In this document: positions 18,683 to 29,143 of the stretch, in pieces | How the letters are laid out: every line of letters starts with the position of its first letter | Numbering within the stretch: the stretch's first letter is position 1 | From: Candidatus Competibacteraceae bacterium | Lineage (GTDB): Bacteria; Pseudomonadota; Gammaproteobacteria; Competibacterales; Competibacteraceae | Direction: 5' to 3' | DNA: 64,000 bases | Assembly (NCBI GenBank): GCA_003989065.1 | Contig: RXIW01000010.1 | Span: 1 to 64,000 of the forward strand | Position numbers and translations under genes: made by a program | Notes under the pieces: model-generated | Told to the model about the DNA's origin: nothing | The model's database searches: none | Seen by the model: the letters and a program-made list of their open reading frames with translations, nothing else

Positions 18683-20059
18683 TCAACGCGCCCTGATTCG
18701 GCCACTCGGTTCGAAGCGCCATGGACTTTCGATGCGCAATAGATCGTATTGTTGCCGCAATTCGCTTGAAAAAGCCGGATAAGGCGCGGCCAGTTCGACA
18801 ATTCTTTTGGCTTCCTGGTCGAGTTCGGCATTGCCGGAAGAGCGTTTGATGGCCACTCTTTGCAGGCCGCCATCGGCGCGGATGACCACTTCCAGCACCG
18901 GGCCGCTACCGAGAGGCAGCCGTCGAGCCACATCCGGGAAATTCATTTCGCCGATCCGGGTAACCTTGCGAGCCCAGTCGGCGACATAGAACCCGGCCAG
19001 GGAGCGGGTATCGGTGAGGCTGACCGATTTGATGCGAACCCCAGCGGTTTCCCGGCGCGCGGTTTCGGCTTCGATGCTGGCGACCTGGCCAAGCAGGGCG
19101 GCGCTGTCCAGCCGTCCGGGGGCAAGGGCATGGAGCGATCCAGCACCAGAGTCCGGGCGCTTTGGCAGCTTGGGCGGACGGGTCGGTTCCGACATGGCTG
19201 CCGGTTTGGCCGGTTGAGGCGCCGGTTGGGCGATCGGGCGAGGAGGGCGAGCCGTCGGCTTGGCCGGTTGCGGGGCTGCTGCTAGCTTTTCGGGCGGTTT
19301 GGCCGGTTGCGGGGCTGCTGCTAGCTTTTCGGGCGGTTTGGCCGGTTGCGGGGCTGCTGCTAGCTTTTCGGGCGGTTTGGCCGGGTTTAGCGGCGCGGCT
19401 GGGCGAGCGCTGTTGCGCGGCGGCGGCTTGGGCGACACCGGTGGTTTTTTCGCCGCGGGTTTGGTTTCGACAGCGAGTTTCGGCGGAACAGTCTCAGCCG
19501 GTTTACGCAGTGGATGCGCCAGTTTCGGCACGGTCGGTTCCTGCGCCAGTTTCGGTGACGCCGCCAAGATCGGCATCTGGGCAGCTGGTGATGGGGTGGC
19601 TGGAGCGGGTTCCGACAGGGCCGTTGGGGCCGGCTCCGGCACAGGAGGCGACGGTTGCGCCTGAACGGGTTCCGGTGCGGGAGGGGGAGGTGTCACCTGA
19701 GCAGGTTCCGACGCGGCCGTTGGGACCGGCTCCGGCGCAGGAGGCGACGGTTCCACCTGTGCCGATTCCAGCGGGACGGCTGGAACAGGTTCCACCTGTG
19801 CCGGTTCCGGCGCTGGGGGTAGGGCGGGCTCCGGGAAGGTTGTCGCGGCGGAACCGGCGGATTCCGGGTTGCCGCTCGATGGCGTGGGCGCTGTGATCGG
19901 CGGCAATATCATCACTTCGAAGCGACGCGGCTTGGGAAAGTGCAACGAGCGCCAGTCGCCGGGCAGGAAAAATAGCGCTGCATGGAGCCCCAGCGCCGCC
20001 AACAGCGCCAAGGCCATCCGCTGGCCATGGCTATCCCCGTCGTGGATCACGTCGTTCAT
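18683..20059 (-). CDS. TonB-family energy transducer with long Pro/Ala-rich spacer (TonB3-like)
   Basis: Short cytoplasmic N-terminus, one TM helix (MALALLAALGLHAALFFL), a ~300-aa P/A/E/K-rich spacer, and a C-terminal TonB fold (GPVLEVVIRADGGLQRVAIKRSSGNAELDQEA). The start ATG is at 20059, 14 nt downstream of the gshB stop. Confidence 0.7.
   Translation of the reverse strand: MNDVIHDGDSHGQRMALALLAALGLHAALFFLPGDWRSLHFPKPRRFEVMILPPITAPTPSSGNPESAGSAATTFPEPALPPAPEPAQVEPVPAVPLESAQVEPSPPAPEPVPTAASEPAQVTPPPPAPEPVQAQPSPPVPEPAPTALSEPAPATPSPAAQMPILAASPKLAQEPTVPKLAHPLRKPAETVPPKLAVETKPAAKKPPVSPKPPPRNSARPAAPLNPAKPPEKLAAAPQPAKPPEKLAAAPQPAKPPEKLAAAPQPAKPTARPPRPIAQPAPQPAKPAAMSEPTRPPKLPKRPDSGAGSLHALAPGRLDSAALLGQVASIEAETARRETAGVRIKSVSLTDTRSLAGFYVADWARKVTRIGEMNFPDVARRLPLGSGPVLEVVIRADGGLQRVAIKRSSGNAELDQEAKRIVELAAPYPAFSSELRQQYDLLRIESPWRFEPSGRIRAR
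19262..19378. repeat. perfect 39-bp tandem repeat x3 (plus a degenerate 4th unit) inside the tonB3-like gene
   Basis: GGCCGGTTGCGGGGCTGCTGCTAGCTTTTCGGGCGGTTT occurs three times head-to-tail with 100% identity. Each unit encodes KPPEKLAAAPQPA on the minus strand, so the repeat stays in frame. Confidence 0.9.
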
Positions 20060-20070
20060 CCGCAAGTACG

Positions 20071-21021
20071 TCAACCGTGCAGACGCCGCTCGATGGCCGT
20101 CATCAATTCGCCGCCGATATCCAGCCCAAACTGAGCGTTCAGCTCGCGCGCGCAGGTCGGGCTGGTAACGTTGATCTCGGTCAGATAATCGCCGATCACG
20201 TCCAGACCGACGAACAGCAACCCCATCTCTCGCAAGCGCGGCGCGACTTGTTCGCAGATCCAGCGGTCGCGTTCGGTCAAGGGCACGCCCACGCCATGTC
20301 CGCCTGCCGCCAGATTGGCGCGCGTCTCGCCGGGTTGCGGAATCCGCGCCAGAGCATAGGGGGCAGGCTCACCGTCGACCAGCAGGATGCGCTTGTCGCC
20401 CGCGACCACTTCCGGCAGGTAGCGTTGCGCCATGCTCAAACGTCGGCCATGCGCGGTCAGCGTTTCCAGGATCACATTCAGGTTGGGATCGTCCTGGCGC
20501 AGACGGAACACCGAAGCGCCGCCCATGCCGTCCAGCGGTTTGACCACGATATCGGCGTGCTCGCTCAGGAAGTCCTTGATCCGCGCTGCTTCCCGGCTGA
20601 CCAGGGTCGGCGGGCAGCATTGCGGAAAGTGCAGGGCGAAAAATTTCTCGTTGGCGTCGCGCAGGCTGCGAGGCCGATTTACCACCAGCGCGCCGGCCAT
20701 CTCGGCTAGTTCCAGCAGATAGGTGGTGTAGATGTATTCCATGTCGAACGGCGGGTCCTTGCGCATCAGAATTGCGTCCAGCTCCATCAACGCCAGTTCC
20801 TGTGTCTCATGAAAGGTGAACCAGCCGCTCTTGTCATCCCGGACGCTGAGCCGCCGGCTGCGACCGAAGGCAGTGTCGCCACGGGCGTAGAGGTCCGCCT
20901 GTTCGAAGTAGTGCAGCTCCCAGCCGCGCGCCTGGGCTGCCAACAGCAGGGCGAAGGTGGTGTCTTTCTTGATGGTGATGGTGGCGATGGGGTCCATCAC
21001 CACGCCGAGCTTGATGGTCAT
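20071..21021 (-). CDS. gshB: glutathione synthetase
   Basis: 316 aa from MTIKLGVVMDPIA (ATG verified at 21021). ATP-grasp GshB motifs throughout. Confidence 0.9.
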   Translation of the reverse strand: MTIKLGVVMDPIATITIKKDTTFALLLAAQARGWELHYFEQADLYARGDTAFGRSRRLSVRDDKSGWFTFHETQELALMELDAILMRKDPPFDMEYIYTTYLLELAEMAGALVVNRPRSLRDANEKFFALHFPQCCPPTLVSREAARIKDFLSEHADIVVKPLDGMGGASVFRLRQDDPNLNVILETLTAHGRRLSMAQRYLPEVVAGDKRILLVDGEPAPYALARIPQPGETRANLAAGGHGVGVPLTERDRWICEQVAPRLREMGLLFVGLDVIGDYLTEINVTSPTCARELNAQFGLDIGGELMTAIERRLHG

Positions 21022-21285
21022 GATCGGCTTGTCCGTTGAGGTTGGGTGGGATCCCGGCCGGAAGTCTCCGGCGGGAAGAGGGAAAATCCTGTCGCCTGGC
21101 CGCAGGCGGCGCGGAGGCATGGCATCGCGGTTTTCATGGCATCGTCATCATTAGTATGCTAAAAATGACACAAAAAAGACCAAGCCTTTCTGGTGGTCCG
21201 CTCCGCCGCTCAAGGGATGGAATAGCTCCCTGCTCGGCTCCGAGCGCTGTAGTCTCAGACTCAATACCGTTCAGAGGACAGTCAC

Positions 21286-21855
21286 GTGGCAGATGCGGTC
21301 ATCCCTCCCTCCGCGGCGCCTCTTCCGCTGCATCCATTCGATATTCTGTTGCAGCTTGATCAGCGTATCCGCGAACGGACGCCGGTCGCCAACGCCCATG
21401 CGCAATTGTCGGAGATTCGTGGGCGGTTGGCACTGCGCCTTGGCGCATGGAACCTGCTATTCTCCATGGATGATGTGGCCGAAATCATCCCATTTCCACG
21501 TATCACCTGGGTGCCAGGCGTCAAGCGGTGGTTGCTCGGCATCGCCAACCTGCGCGGCAAGGTGATTTCGGTATCGGACCTGCGCGATTTTTTGACCGGT
21601 CGACCCACGGTTCGGTTGCCTGGCAGCCAAGTGGTCGTATTGCGCGCCGGGCCGTGGGATTATGGCCTGCTGGCCGATGAAATCGTCGGAATGCGACATT
21701 TCGGGCCGCAACACCGCCTGCCGTCGCTGGAGGTCGTGGAAGGTGGCTTGCGTCCCTATGTCTCCGAGGCATTCCTGAACGACAATCAGCAATGGCTGGC
21801 CTTCAACACCGGCAAACTGCTCTCGGACACTGGATTTTTGAATGCGGCCAATTGA
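21286..21855 (+). CDS. pilI: CheW-like coupling protein (PilI-type)
   Basis: 189 aa with a single CheW domain. It is the first gene of a pilJ-chpA-chpC unit. Confidence 0.7.
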   Translation: MADAVIPPSAAPLPLHPFDILLQLDQRIRERTPVANAHAQLSEIRGRLALRLGAWNLLFSMDDVAEIIPFPRITWVPGVKRWLLGIANLRGKVISVSDLRDFLTGRPTVRLPGSQVVVLRAGPWDYGLLADEIVGMRHFGPQHRLPSLEVVEGGLRPYVSEAFLNDNQQWLAFNTGKLLSDTGFLNAAN

Positions 21856-21927
21856 GGCTTTTCGAGAATTTCCCCACCCGATCGTTCGGATAGGGCCAGT
21901 CAGGATCCTGTTTGATGAGAAATAACA

Positions 21928-23994
21928 ATGCGTGACTCGCAAGATCATTCGGTATTGAAGGGATTTTCCGTTACTTATCTGGCGTTGCTCGGTGCGTTGG
22001 CCTTGTTCATCGTGTTGATGGGCGTGATCTTCATCATGCTGGCCCGCCAGGACGAACAGAGCGACATCTTTTTCAAACTGACCAGCGAGCAACGGTTGTT
22101 GTCGCGAGCGGTCGTTACCCAGTCTCTCGAGGCGGCCCGTGGCAAGGAAGCGGCGTTCGATCAACTCAAGGAGAGTCGCACGCGCTTCGAGCAGATCCTC
22201 AACGATCAGAAGAACGGCAACGCCAACTTGGGTTTGTCGCCCTCGCCCGCGGTGCTTCAACCCTACCTGAGCGAATTGGAAAACCGTTGGAAACCGGTCC
22301 GGACCGATATCGACACCGTTTTGGCCGGGCGCGATCCTGTGGTGTCGGTCAGCAATTTCGTGCCGCTGCTGGAAAGCTCGCTGAACCAGATCATCACCCA
22401 GTCCGACGAAATCGCCAAGAGCTTGGCCAATAGCCGCGTCGATCCCAAGCAGGTGTATCTGGCGACCAATCAGCTCCTGCTGGCGCAGCGGATCGAAAGC
22501 GATCTGAAACGGATGTTGAACGAGAGCGGCGCAAGCGCGGCGGCGGCAGCCGACCGTTTCGGTCGCAACGTGAGCGTGTTTGGACGGGTCCTCAAGGGTA
22601 TGCGCGACGGCGACGCCCGTTTGGGGGTCGATCGGGTGAGTATCCCCGACAGCGCCGGCAAGCTGACCGAACTCAGCGAACGATTCCAGTCGATCGAGTC
22701 CGAAACCGCCCGCATCGTCGAGAAAGCACCGGAACTGGTCAAGGTCCAGAACGCCGCCCAAGGGGTTGCCGAGAAGGGCGATCCTCTGCTGGAAGCCGCC
22801 ACCAAGCTATTGCAGGTCTACGTCGACAGCGGTCGCCAGGTGCGTCTGCTGGGCATTCCGCTCACCTATCAGGTCGCCTATATCCTGGGAGTCATCGCCC
22901 TGATCCTGGCGCTGGTGTTGTTCTACGTCCAGAACCGCGAAAGCCGGCAGCAGCTGATCGAAACCGAACAGCGCAAGCAGGAAACCGACGAACAGAACCG
23001 TCGTAACCAGGATGCGATCCTGCGGCTGCTCGACGAACTGGGCAATCTGGCCGAAGGCGATCTGACGGTGCAGGCCAGCGTCACCGAGGACATCACCGGG
23101 GCCATCGCCGATTCGGTCAACTACGCGATCGAGGCCCTGCGCGACTTGGTGTCGACCATCAACAGCACGTCCGGGCTGGTGGCCGCCGCCGTGCAGGAAA
23201 CCAGCGCCATCGCCGACCGGCTGGCCAAGTCCAGCGAGATTCAAGCCCGCCAGATCGAAAACGCCAGCGCTACCGTGACCCAGATGGCGCATTCCATGGA
23301 TGAGGTCTCGGCCAAGACCGCCTCATCCGCTGAGGTGGCGGAGAAGTCGGTGGGTATCGCCCACGAGGGCGGCGACCGGGTGCGGCGCACCATCCACGGT
23401 ATGAACGCCATCCGCGAGCACATCCAGGATACCTCCAAGCGTATCAAGCGCCTGGGTGAATCTTCGCAGGAAATCGGCGACATCGTGGCGCTGATCAACG
23501 ACATCGCCGACCAGACCAACATCCTGGCGCTGAACGCGGCGATTCAGGCTTCGGCGGCAGGCGAGGCCGGGCGTGGATTCGCGGTGGTCGCCGACGAAGT
23601 CCAGCGCTTGGCGGAGCGGTCCAGCAACGCCACCAAGCGAATCGAAACTCTGGTGAAGACCATTCAGGCCGATACCAACGAAGCGGTGATCTCCATGGAG
23701 AAGAGCACCGCCGAAGTGGTCGGCGGCGCCGGCCTGGCCGAGAAAGCTGGCGAGGCGCTGGAAGAGATCGAGAAGGTGTCGGCCAATCTGGCCGAATTGA
23801 TCGACGAAATCTCCAAGTCGGCCGGTCAGGTGTCGGAGATGGCCTCACGGGTGTCGAGCGCCATGATTTCCATCAACGAGATCACGGGTCAGACGGCTGA
23901 AAGTAGCGTGTCGACGGCGGCCGCCATTGGCAAGTTGAACCAGTTGGCGCAGGAATTGCGCCAGTCCGTGGCGGGATTCCGGTTACCGGATTGA
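21928..23994 (+). CDS. pilJ: methyl-accepting chemotaxis protein (PilJ-type)
   Basis: 688 aa. Two TM segments flank a periplasmic domain, followed by HAMP and a conserved MCP signalling domain ([32 protein letters not shown]). Confidence 0.85.
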   Translation: MRDSQDHSVLKGFSVTYLALLGALALFIVLMGVIFIMLARQDEQSDIFFKLTSEQRLLSRAVVTQSLEAARGKEAAFDQLKESRTRFEQILNDQKNGNANLGLSPSPAVLQPYLSELENRWKPVRTDIDTVLAGRDPVVSVSNFVPLLESSLNQIITQSDEIAKSLANSRVDPKQVYLATNQLLLAQRIESDLKRMLNESGASAAAAADRFGRNVSVFGRVLKGMRDGDARLGVDRVSIPDSAGKLTELSERFQSIESETARIVEKAPELVKVQNAAQGVAEKGDPLLEAATKLLQVYVDSGRQVRLLGIPLTYQVAYILGVIALILALVLFYVQNRESRQQLIETEQRKQETDEQNRRNQDAILRLLDELGNLAEGDLTVQASVTEDITGAIADSVNYAIEALRDLVSTINSTSGLVAAAVQETSAIADRLAKSSEIQARQIENASATVTQMAHSMDEVSAKTASSAEVAEKSVGIAHEGGDRVRRTIHGMNAIREHIQDTSKRIKRLGESSQEIGDIVALINDIADQTNILALNAAIQASAAGEAGRGFAVVADEVQRLAERSSNATKRIETLVKTIQADTNEAVISMEKSTAEVVGGAGLAEKAGEALEEIEKVSANLAELIDEISKSAGQVSEMASRVSSAMISINEITGQTAESSVSTAAAIGKLNQLAQELRQSVAGFRLPD

Positions 23995-24066
23995 AGGCAT
24001 GAGCCAAGACTGAACCCACCGAATACAAGATCGCATCGGGTCCTCTGACGCGCATAGCGCCGAGCA

Positions 24067-27000
24067 GTGGTCCGCCGGGCGGATTTCCACGGAGGTAACG
24101 TGATGATTTCGCGTCGTGTCGCCGATAACCCCCTAGGCGCCATCAAGGATGATCTCTTGCTTGCCCTGCGGCGGATTCAGCTCGATCTGGATGCCTACTG
24201 CGAGGACCCGACCCAGCCGGCGCAGCTGGAAACGATGGTCGACGCCATCGAGCAAATCCGCAGTCCGCTGGCGGTGTTGGAGCATCGGGAGGCAGTCGCT
24301 CTGCTGGAGGAGATGCGCACGGGTGCGCTGGAATGCATGGACAGCGGTCGCCAGTCTTTGGAGCCGGAGCTGGTGCGGCAGGCGATCCGACGCTTGGCGG
24401 CTTATCTGGAGGGAGGATTGGATCCGGGTAGCCGGCGACCGAACGAGGAATTGTCGGAAATCGCGACCGTGTTGCGCCAGGGACGCCTACGAGACAGTCA
24501 GGTTAATGCCAAGGGTTTGGCCGGGGGTCTCGAAGAGCCGGTTTCGGCAGTGCATGTGATGCAGGAAACGCTGAAGCGCCTGCGGCAGACCGTGACCGCC
24601 AAGCTGGAGACGGCTCCCGACCGGCCGGAATCCTGGATGGCATTGCAGGATGATCTGCAGTCCCTCCTTCCGATGCTGGCCGAGAAGTCGTGGGCCCAGG
24701 CGTTCCAGTCGCTGAGCCGCTTGGATCGAATCGTAGGCGCTCTGGCCGAGGGTGCGGCCGAGTACTATGGATTGCTGGTCAACAGCGTCTGCGCCGAAGT
24801 CCTGGCCGGTCTGAATTATTATCTGGAATCGCAGCATAGCGGCGGTTCGGCATCGGCTGTAGTCATGCGCAAGGCCGATGAACACCTTGCCCAAATCGAA
24901 ACCCTGCTCAATCTGCCGCACTGGATCGATGAACCGGTGGTGGCCGCGCCTTCGGCGGCGGCCCGACCCACGCCTTCAGCTGCCGCAACGAACGCCAATA
25001 GCGCGCCGAACCCGTTCGACGCCACGCTCGATCTGGAGTTGGCCGCGTGGTCGGAACAGATGTTGACCGATGGCGAACGGCCAAAGACCGTGACGGCGGC
25101 AACGGATGAACTGGCCATCGAGTGGCCGCAACCGACCGATGCATCATCCTCGATGACGACCAGCGCGGCGACGGCGGCGGATGAACTGGCCATCGAATGG
25201 CCGCAACCGACCGATGCGTTGCCCCCGGCCAACGTTCCTGCCGTGGAGCCGCCGGTTGCCAAGCCCCCGGCCGAGGTGGGTCCGGATTTGGTCAACCTCA
25301 TCGGTTTGGCCGATGCTGACCCCGAATTCGTGGACGTCTTCCTGGAAGAAGCGCGCGGCGAGCTGGTCACCATTCGAGAACAACTGGCCCTCTGGCAGGC
25401 CGATCCCCAGGATCGCCAAGCCCTGACGACCCTGCGTCGCGCGTTTCATACCCTCAAGGGGAGCGGGCGCATGGTTGGGGCGGTCGTGATCGGCGATTTC
25501 GCCTGGGAGTTCGAGAATCTGTTGAATCAGGTGCTCGAAGGCGGGCTGAACGCCACCCCGGTGCTGTTTTCGTCCATTGCCAGCGCAGTCACCGCGCTGG
25601 GGCCGCTGGTCGGCGAGACGCCTCTGCAGGGCGGAGAGCTGGAGAAGCTGGGGGCGCTGGCGGTTCGGGCCAGGGCGCTGCCGAAGACCGAACCCGATCT
25701 GGTCTCGACCCGGCCGCCGGCAATGACCATTGCAGCGGAGATCGATCCGGAGTTCGTGGAGGTCTTCTTCGAGGAAGCGCGCGGCGAGCTGGCCACGATT
25801 CGGGAACAGCTGGCGATCTGGCAAGCAAATCCGCAGGAGCGTCAGGCGCTGGTCACCATGCGCCGGGCCTTTCATACCCTCAAAGGCAGCGGGCGGGTGG
25901 TCGGTGCGACCGCAATCGGCGATTTCGCCGCCTATTTCGAAAAACTGTTGAGCCGGACCTTGGATGGTTCGCTGGCGATGTCGCGGCCGATCGCTGGGGC
26001 GATCGGCGACGCGGCGGCAGTTTTGGAACCGCTGGTCGGCGAGATCTCAGCGTCGGCGGATGCCGTGGCGGCGTTGCCGCGGCTGACGGCGCGCGTCGAT
26101 GCTCTGCTGCGGGAAAGCCCGGCTCCGGTCGAGTCGATCAAGCCGGTCGAGCTCATCGAGGAGGAGGTGGTCGAATCGATCGAGCCGGAACCTGTCGTGG
26201 CGGACGAGCAGCCCGCGCCGGTGGTCGAACCGGTTGCCGAGGACGAGCCAGTCCAGCCGGTCGAGCCGGTCCTGACCGAGATGCCGGTCATTCCGCCGCC
26301 GCCGATGGAAGCGCCGGCCCTGCTGGCGGCAGCCGATTTGGAACTGGTGCAAGCGTTCCAGTACGAGGCGGCCGAAATCCTCGACGCCAGCGACACGATC
26401 CTGCAAGGTTTGAGCGCCGAGCCCGAGCAGACCGGCTTGTTGAACGATCTGCGCCGGAACATGCACACGCTGAAAGGCAGCTCGCGCATGGCTGGCATCA
26501 TGACGGTCGGCGATCTGGCCCATGCTGCAGAGTCGATCCTGGATGCCTTGGGCAAGGGCCTGGGCCAGGTGACGCCGGTGGTGCTGGACGCCTTGCAACA
26601 GACCCTGGATCGACTCAATCGGATGTTGACCGATGCTGCCGCCGGCATGAGCTTGGCGGCGGCGACCGATCTGATCGGAGAGCTTCATCGTCTGGCCGAT
26701 GCCGTCACCAAGGGCGAGTCGGTCGAGAAAGTGGCCCCGGCCGCCACGCCGACGGGCGCATCCGAACCGGCCACGTCAGCGACCGAGCCGGTTTTCCAGC
26801 CCATGACCGAACTGGATCAGGAGCTGGTGCAGGTATTTCAGGCCGAGGCGGCCGAGATTCTCGATTCCAGCGACGCCATCCTGCAACGGCTGCGCAGCGA
26901 TCCGAGCAATATCGAGCTGCTGAACAATTTGCGGCGGGAGATGCATACGCTCAAGGGCAGTTCGCGCATGGCCGGCATCATGACGGTCGGCGATCTGGCC

Positions 27001-29130
27001 CACGCCGCGGAATCGGTGTTGGACGCCCTGGGCAAGGGGGTGCTGCCGGCGACGCCGCTCACTCTGGATTACGTGCAACGGGCCTTGGATGCGCTGCATC
27101 CCATGCTGGCGGCCTTGGTCGAGCGCCAGCGTCCGGAGGCGCGTCAGGATCTGATCGACGAGCTGCATGGCGTGCTCGGCGTCAAGCCGGTCGAGCGGGC
27201 GAAGCCGGCTGCGCCCACCCTGGTCGCGACCGTCCCGACGGCCGCGGCCCGTCCGGTCGAGATGCCGACTGTCGCAGCCACCGACCAGATCCGCGTCAGC
27301 GCCGCCTTGCTGAATACCCTGGTCAACCAGATGGGCGAAAGCAGCATCTTCCGCGCCCGGGTCGATCAGGGGGTCAGTCTGATCAATTTCGGTCTGAACG
27401 AACTGGAACAGACCATCAGCCGTCTGCGTCGGCAGGTTACCCAGCTGGCGACCCAGGCCGAGGCTCGTATCCAGTCGCGCCAGGATCATGGGACCAAGGC
27501 CCATCAGCTGGAATTCGATCCGTTGGAGCTGGACCGCTTTACCGAATTGCAACAGGTTAGCCGGTCGCTGATGGAGATTGCCGACGATCTGGGTAACATC
27601 GGCAACACCATGGGCGAGCACGCCCGAGAAATCACCACGCTGCTCGATCAGCAGGGCAAGGTCAACAAGGAGATCCAGCAGGGCTTGATGCGGACCGGCA
27701 TGGTGCGGTTCGGCAGCATCATCCCGCGCTTGCGCCGCGTGATACGGCAATCGGCCCAGGAGCTGGGCAAGCGGGCCGAACTACTGGTCGGGGGCGACGA
27801 GGCGGAAGTCGATCGCACCGTGCTGGAAAACATGATCGCTCCGCTGGAGCACATGTTGCGCAACTCGCTAGCTCACGGAATCGAAGCCCCGGAGCGACGC
27901 CGGGAGGTCGGCAAATCGGATATCGGCACCATCAGCCTGAGCCTGCGCCGGGAGGGCGCGGAGCTGGTGTTGGAGCTGGGCGATGACGGCGCTGGCCTCA
28001 ACTTCGATGCGATCCGGGCCAAGGGCACGGAAAAGGGGCTGCTGCTGCCCGGTCAGCCGGCGACGCAGGAAGAATTGATCGCGCTGCTGCTGCGGCCGGG
28101 CTTTTCCACCGCCAACGCGGTCACCCAGATCGCCGGGCGCGGTGTCGGCATGGATGTGGTCAACGCTGCCATTCGCTCCATGCGTGGCGCTTTGCTGATC
28201 CAGACCGAGCCCGGCCAGGGGACGCGCTTCATCGTGCGTCTGCCGTTCTCGCTGTCGGTCACTCAGGCCCTGCTGGTGCAGGCTGGCGATGCGACCTTCG
28301 CCATCCCCCTGCTGAGCATCGAAGTGGTGACCCGGCTCAAGGAAAACGAATTCCAGTCCTATTTGGGCGGCGAGCAGATCCGCCACCAGTATGGCGAGCG
28401 CCACTATCCGATTCACAATCTGGGCATTCTGATGGGTAGCGAGCAGATGCTGCCGTTCGAGGAGACCAAGGATCGTCGGCCGCCAGCCCTGCTGTTCCGC
28501 AGCGCAGAAGCCAGCGCCGCCCTGCAGGTCGAGGCGGTGTTGGGCAACCAGGAAATCATCGTCAAACCCATCAGTCCGCAGTTCAACGGAGTACCCGGTA
28601 TTTCCGGGGCTACCGTGCTGGGCGACGGACGGGTGGTCGTAGTGCTGGAACTGGCGGCTGTGGTGCGTAACGTCGGTTCGCAACGGCAGAAACAGGCGGA
28701 AAGCCGCGTGCTGCGGGTGGCGCGGCAAGAAGTGCGGCCGGAGAAGATCAACATCATGGTAATCGACGATTCGATCACCATGCGCAAGGTCACGGCGCGC
28801 ATTCTGGAGCGCCACAACATCCAGGTGGTCACCGCCAAGGACGGCTTGGACGCCGTGGCGATGTTGCAGACCCAAGTGCCCGACCTGGCGATCCTCGACA
28901 TCGAAATGCCGCGCATGGATGGCTTCGAAGTGGTCGCCCACGTGCGCAATCAGGCCCATATGAAGCATCTGCCGATCATCATGGTCACTTCGCGTGGTGG
29001 TGAGAAACATCGCGAGCGCGCCATGAGGCTCGGGGTCAACGAGTATCTGACCAAACCGTATCAGGAAGACCAGTTGATGCAGTCGATCCGTAAGATCCTG
29101 GGGGAACAGGCCCTGGGTCTGATCACCTGA
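24067..29130 (+). CDS. chpA: hybrid CheA-type histidine kinase with multiple Hpt domains, CheW-like and receiver domains (ChpA/PilL)
   Basis: 1687 aa. At least five Hpt-like modules (HTLKGS motifs), Pro/Glu-rich linkers, a CheA HATPase core (GRGVGMDVV...GQGTRF), a CheW-like domain and a C-terminal REC (IMVIDDSITMRK...DIEMPRMDG). The start may instead be the ATG at 24103. Confidence 0.9.
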   Translation: MVRRADFHGGNVMISRRVADNPLGAIKDDLLLALRRIQLDLDAYCEDPTQPAQLETMVDAIEQIRSPLAVLEHREAVALLEEMRTGALECMDSGRQSLEPELVRQAIRRLAAYLEGGLDPGSRRPNEELSEIATVLRQGRLRDSQVNAKGLAGGLEEPVSAVHVMQETLKRLRQTVTAKLETAPDRPESWMALQDDLQSLLPMLAEKSWAQAFQSLSRLDRIVGALAEGAAEYYGLLVNSVCAEVLAGLNYYLESQHSGGSASAVVMRKADEHLAQIETLLNLPHWIDEPVVAAPSAAARPTPSAAATNANSAPNPFDATLDLELAAWSEQMLTDGERPKTVTAATDELAIEWPQPTDASSSMTTSAATAADELAIEWPQPTDALPPANVPAVEPPVAKPPAEVGPDLVNLIGLADADPEFVDVFLEEARGELVTIREQLALWQADPQDRQALTTLRRAFHTLKGSGRMVGAVVIGDFAWEFENLLNQVLEGGLNATPVLFSSIASAVTALGPLVGETPLQGGELEKLGALAVRARALPKTEPDLVSTRPPAMTIAAEIDPEFVEVFFEEARGELATIREQLAIWQANPQERQALVTMRRAFHTLKGSGRVVGATAIGDFAAYFEKLLSRTLDGSLAMSRPIAGAIGDAAAVLEPLVGEISASADAVAALPRLTARVDALLRESPAPVESIKPVELIEEEVVESIEPEPVVADEQPAPVVEPVAEDEPVQPVEPVLTEMPVIPPPPMEAPALLAAADLELVQAFQYEAAEILDASDTILQGLSAEPEQTGLLNDLRRNMHTLKGSSRMAGIMTVGDLAHAAESILDALGKGLGQVTPVVLDALQQTLDRLNRMLTDAAAGMSLAAATDLIGELHRLADAVTKGESVEKVAPAATPTGASEPATSATEPVFQPMTELDQELVQVFQAEAAEILDSSDAILQRLRSDPSNIELLNNLRREMHTLKGSSRMAGIMTVGDLAHAAESVLDALGKGVLPATPLTLDYVQRALDALHPMLAALVERQRPEARQDLIDELHGVLGVKPVERAKPAAPTLVATVPTAAARPVEMPTVAATDQIRVSAALLNTLVNQMGESSIFRARVDQGVSLINFGLNELEQTISRLRRQVTQLATQAEARIQSRQDHGTKAHQLEFDPLELDRFTELQQVSRSLMEIADDLGNIGNTMGEHAREITTLLDQQGKVNKEIQQGLMRTGMVRFGSIIPRLRRVIRQSAQELGKRAELLVGGDEAEVDRTVLENMIAPLEHMLRNSLAHGIEAPERRREVGKSDIGTISLSLRREGAELVLELGDDGAGLNFDAIRAKGTEKGLLLPGQPATQEELIALLLRPGFSTANAVTQIAGRGVGMDVVNAAIRSMRGALLIQTEPGQGTRFIVRLPFSLSVTQALLVQAGDATFAIPLLSIEVVTRLKENEFQSYLGGEQIRHQYGERHYPIHNLGILMGSEQMLPFEETKDRRPPALLFRSAEASAALQVEAVLGNQEIIVKPISPQFNGVPGISGATVLGDGRVVVVLELAAVVRNVGSQRQKQAESRVLRVARQEVRPEKINIMVIDDSITMRKVTARILERHNIQVVTAKDGLDAVAMLQTQVPDLAILDIEMPRMDGFEVVAHVRNQAHMKHLPIIMVTSRGGEKHRERAMRLGVNEYLTKPYQEDQLMQSIRKILGEQALGLIT
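25105..25217. repeat. intragenic direct repeat in chpA (2 x ~38 bp, 75-bp period)
   Basis: GATGAACTGGCCATCGA(G/A)TGGCCGCAACCGACCGATGC at 25105-25142 and 25180-25217. Each copy encodes DELAIEWPQPTDA. Confidence 0.85.
25324..25931. repeat. intragenic tandem duplication of an Hpt-domain coding segment in chpA (~180 bp copies, ~426-bp period)
   Basis: EFVDVFLEEARGELVTIREQLALWQADPQDRQALTTLRRAFHTLKGSGRMVG... versus EFVEVFFEEARGELATIREQLAIWQANPQERQALVTMRRAFHTLKGSGRVVG... The two copies are about 85% identical at the DNA level. Confidence 0.8.
26341..27040. repeat. second intragenic tandem duplication of an Hpt-domain segment in chpA (~215 bp copies, ~480-bp period)
   Basis: The ...MHTLKGSSRMAGIMTVGDLAHAAES... 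cores are nearly identical at the nucleotide level (26461-26535 versus 26941-27015). Confidence 0.8.
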
Positions 29131-29143
29131 GGTGCAAGCGATC

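Noticed and set aside
19262-19378. Considered whether the perfect 39-bp x3 tandem array could be a mini-CRISPR
   Set aside because: The units are contiguous with no spacers and there are no cas genes. The array is in frame inside a TonB-like coding sequence. It is a coding tandem repeat.
21100-21180. Possible sigma-54 promoter (two TGGCAT elements) upstream of pilI
   Set aside because: Neither TGGCAT is followed at the correct spacing by the -12 GC element (TTGCW), so no confident promoter call.
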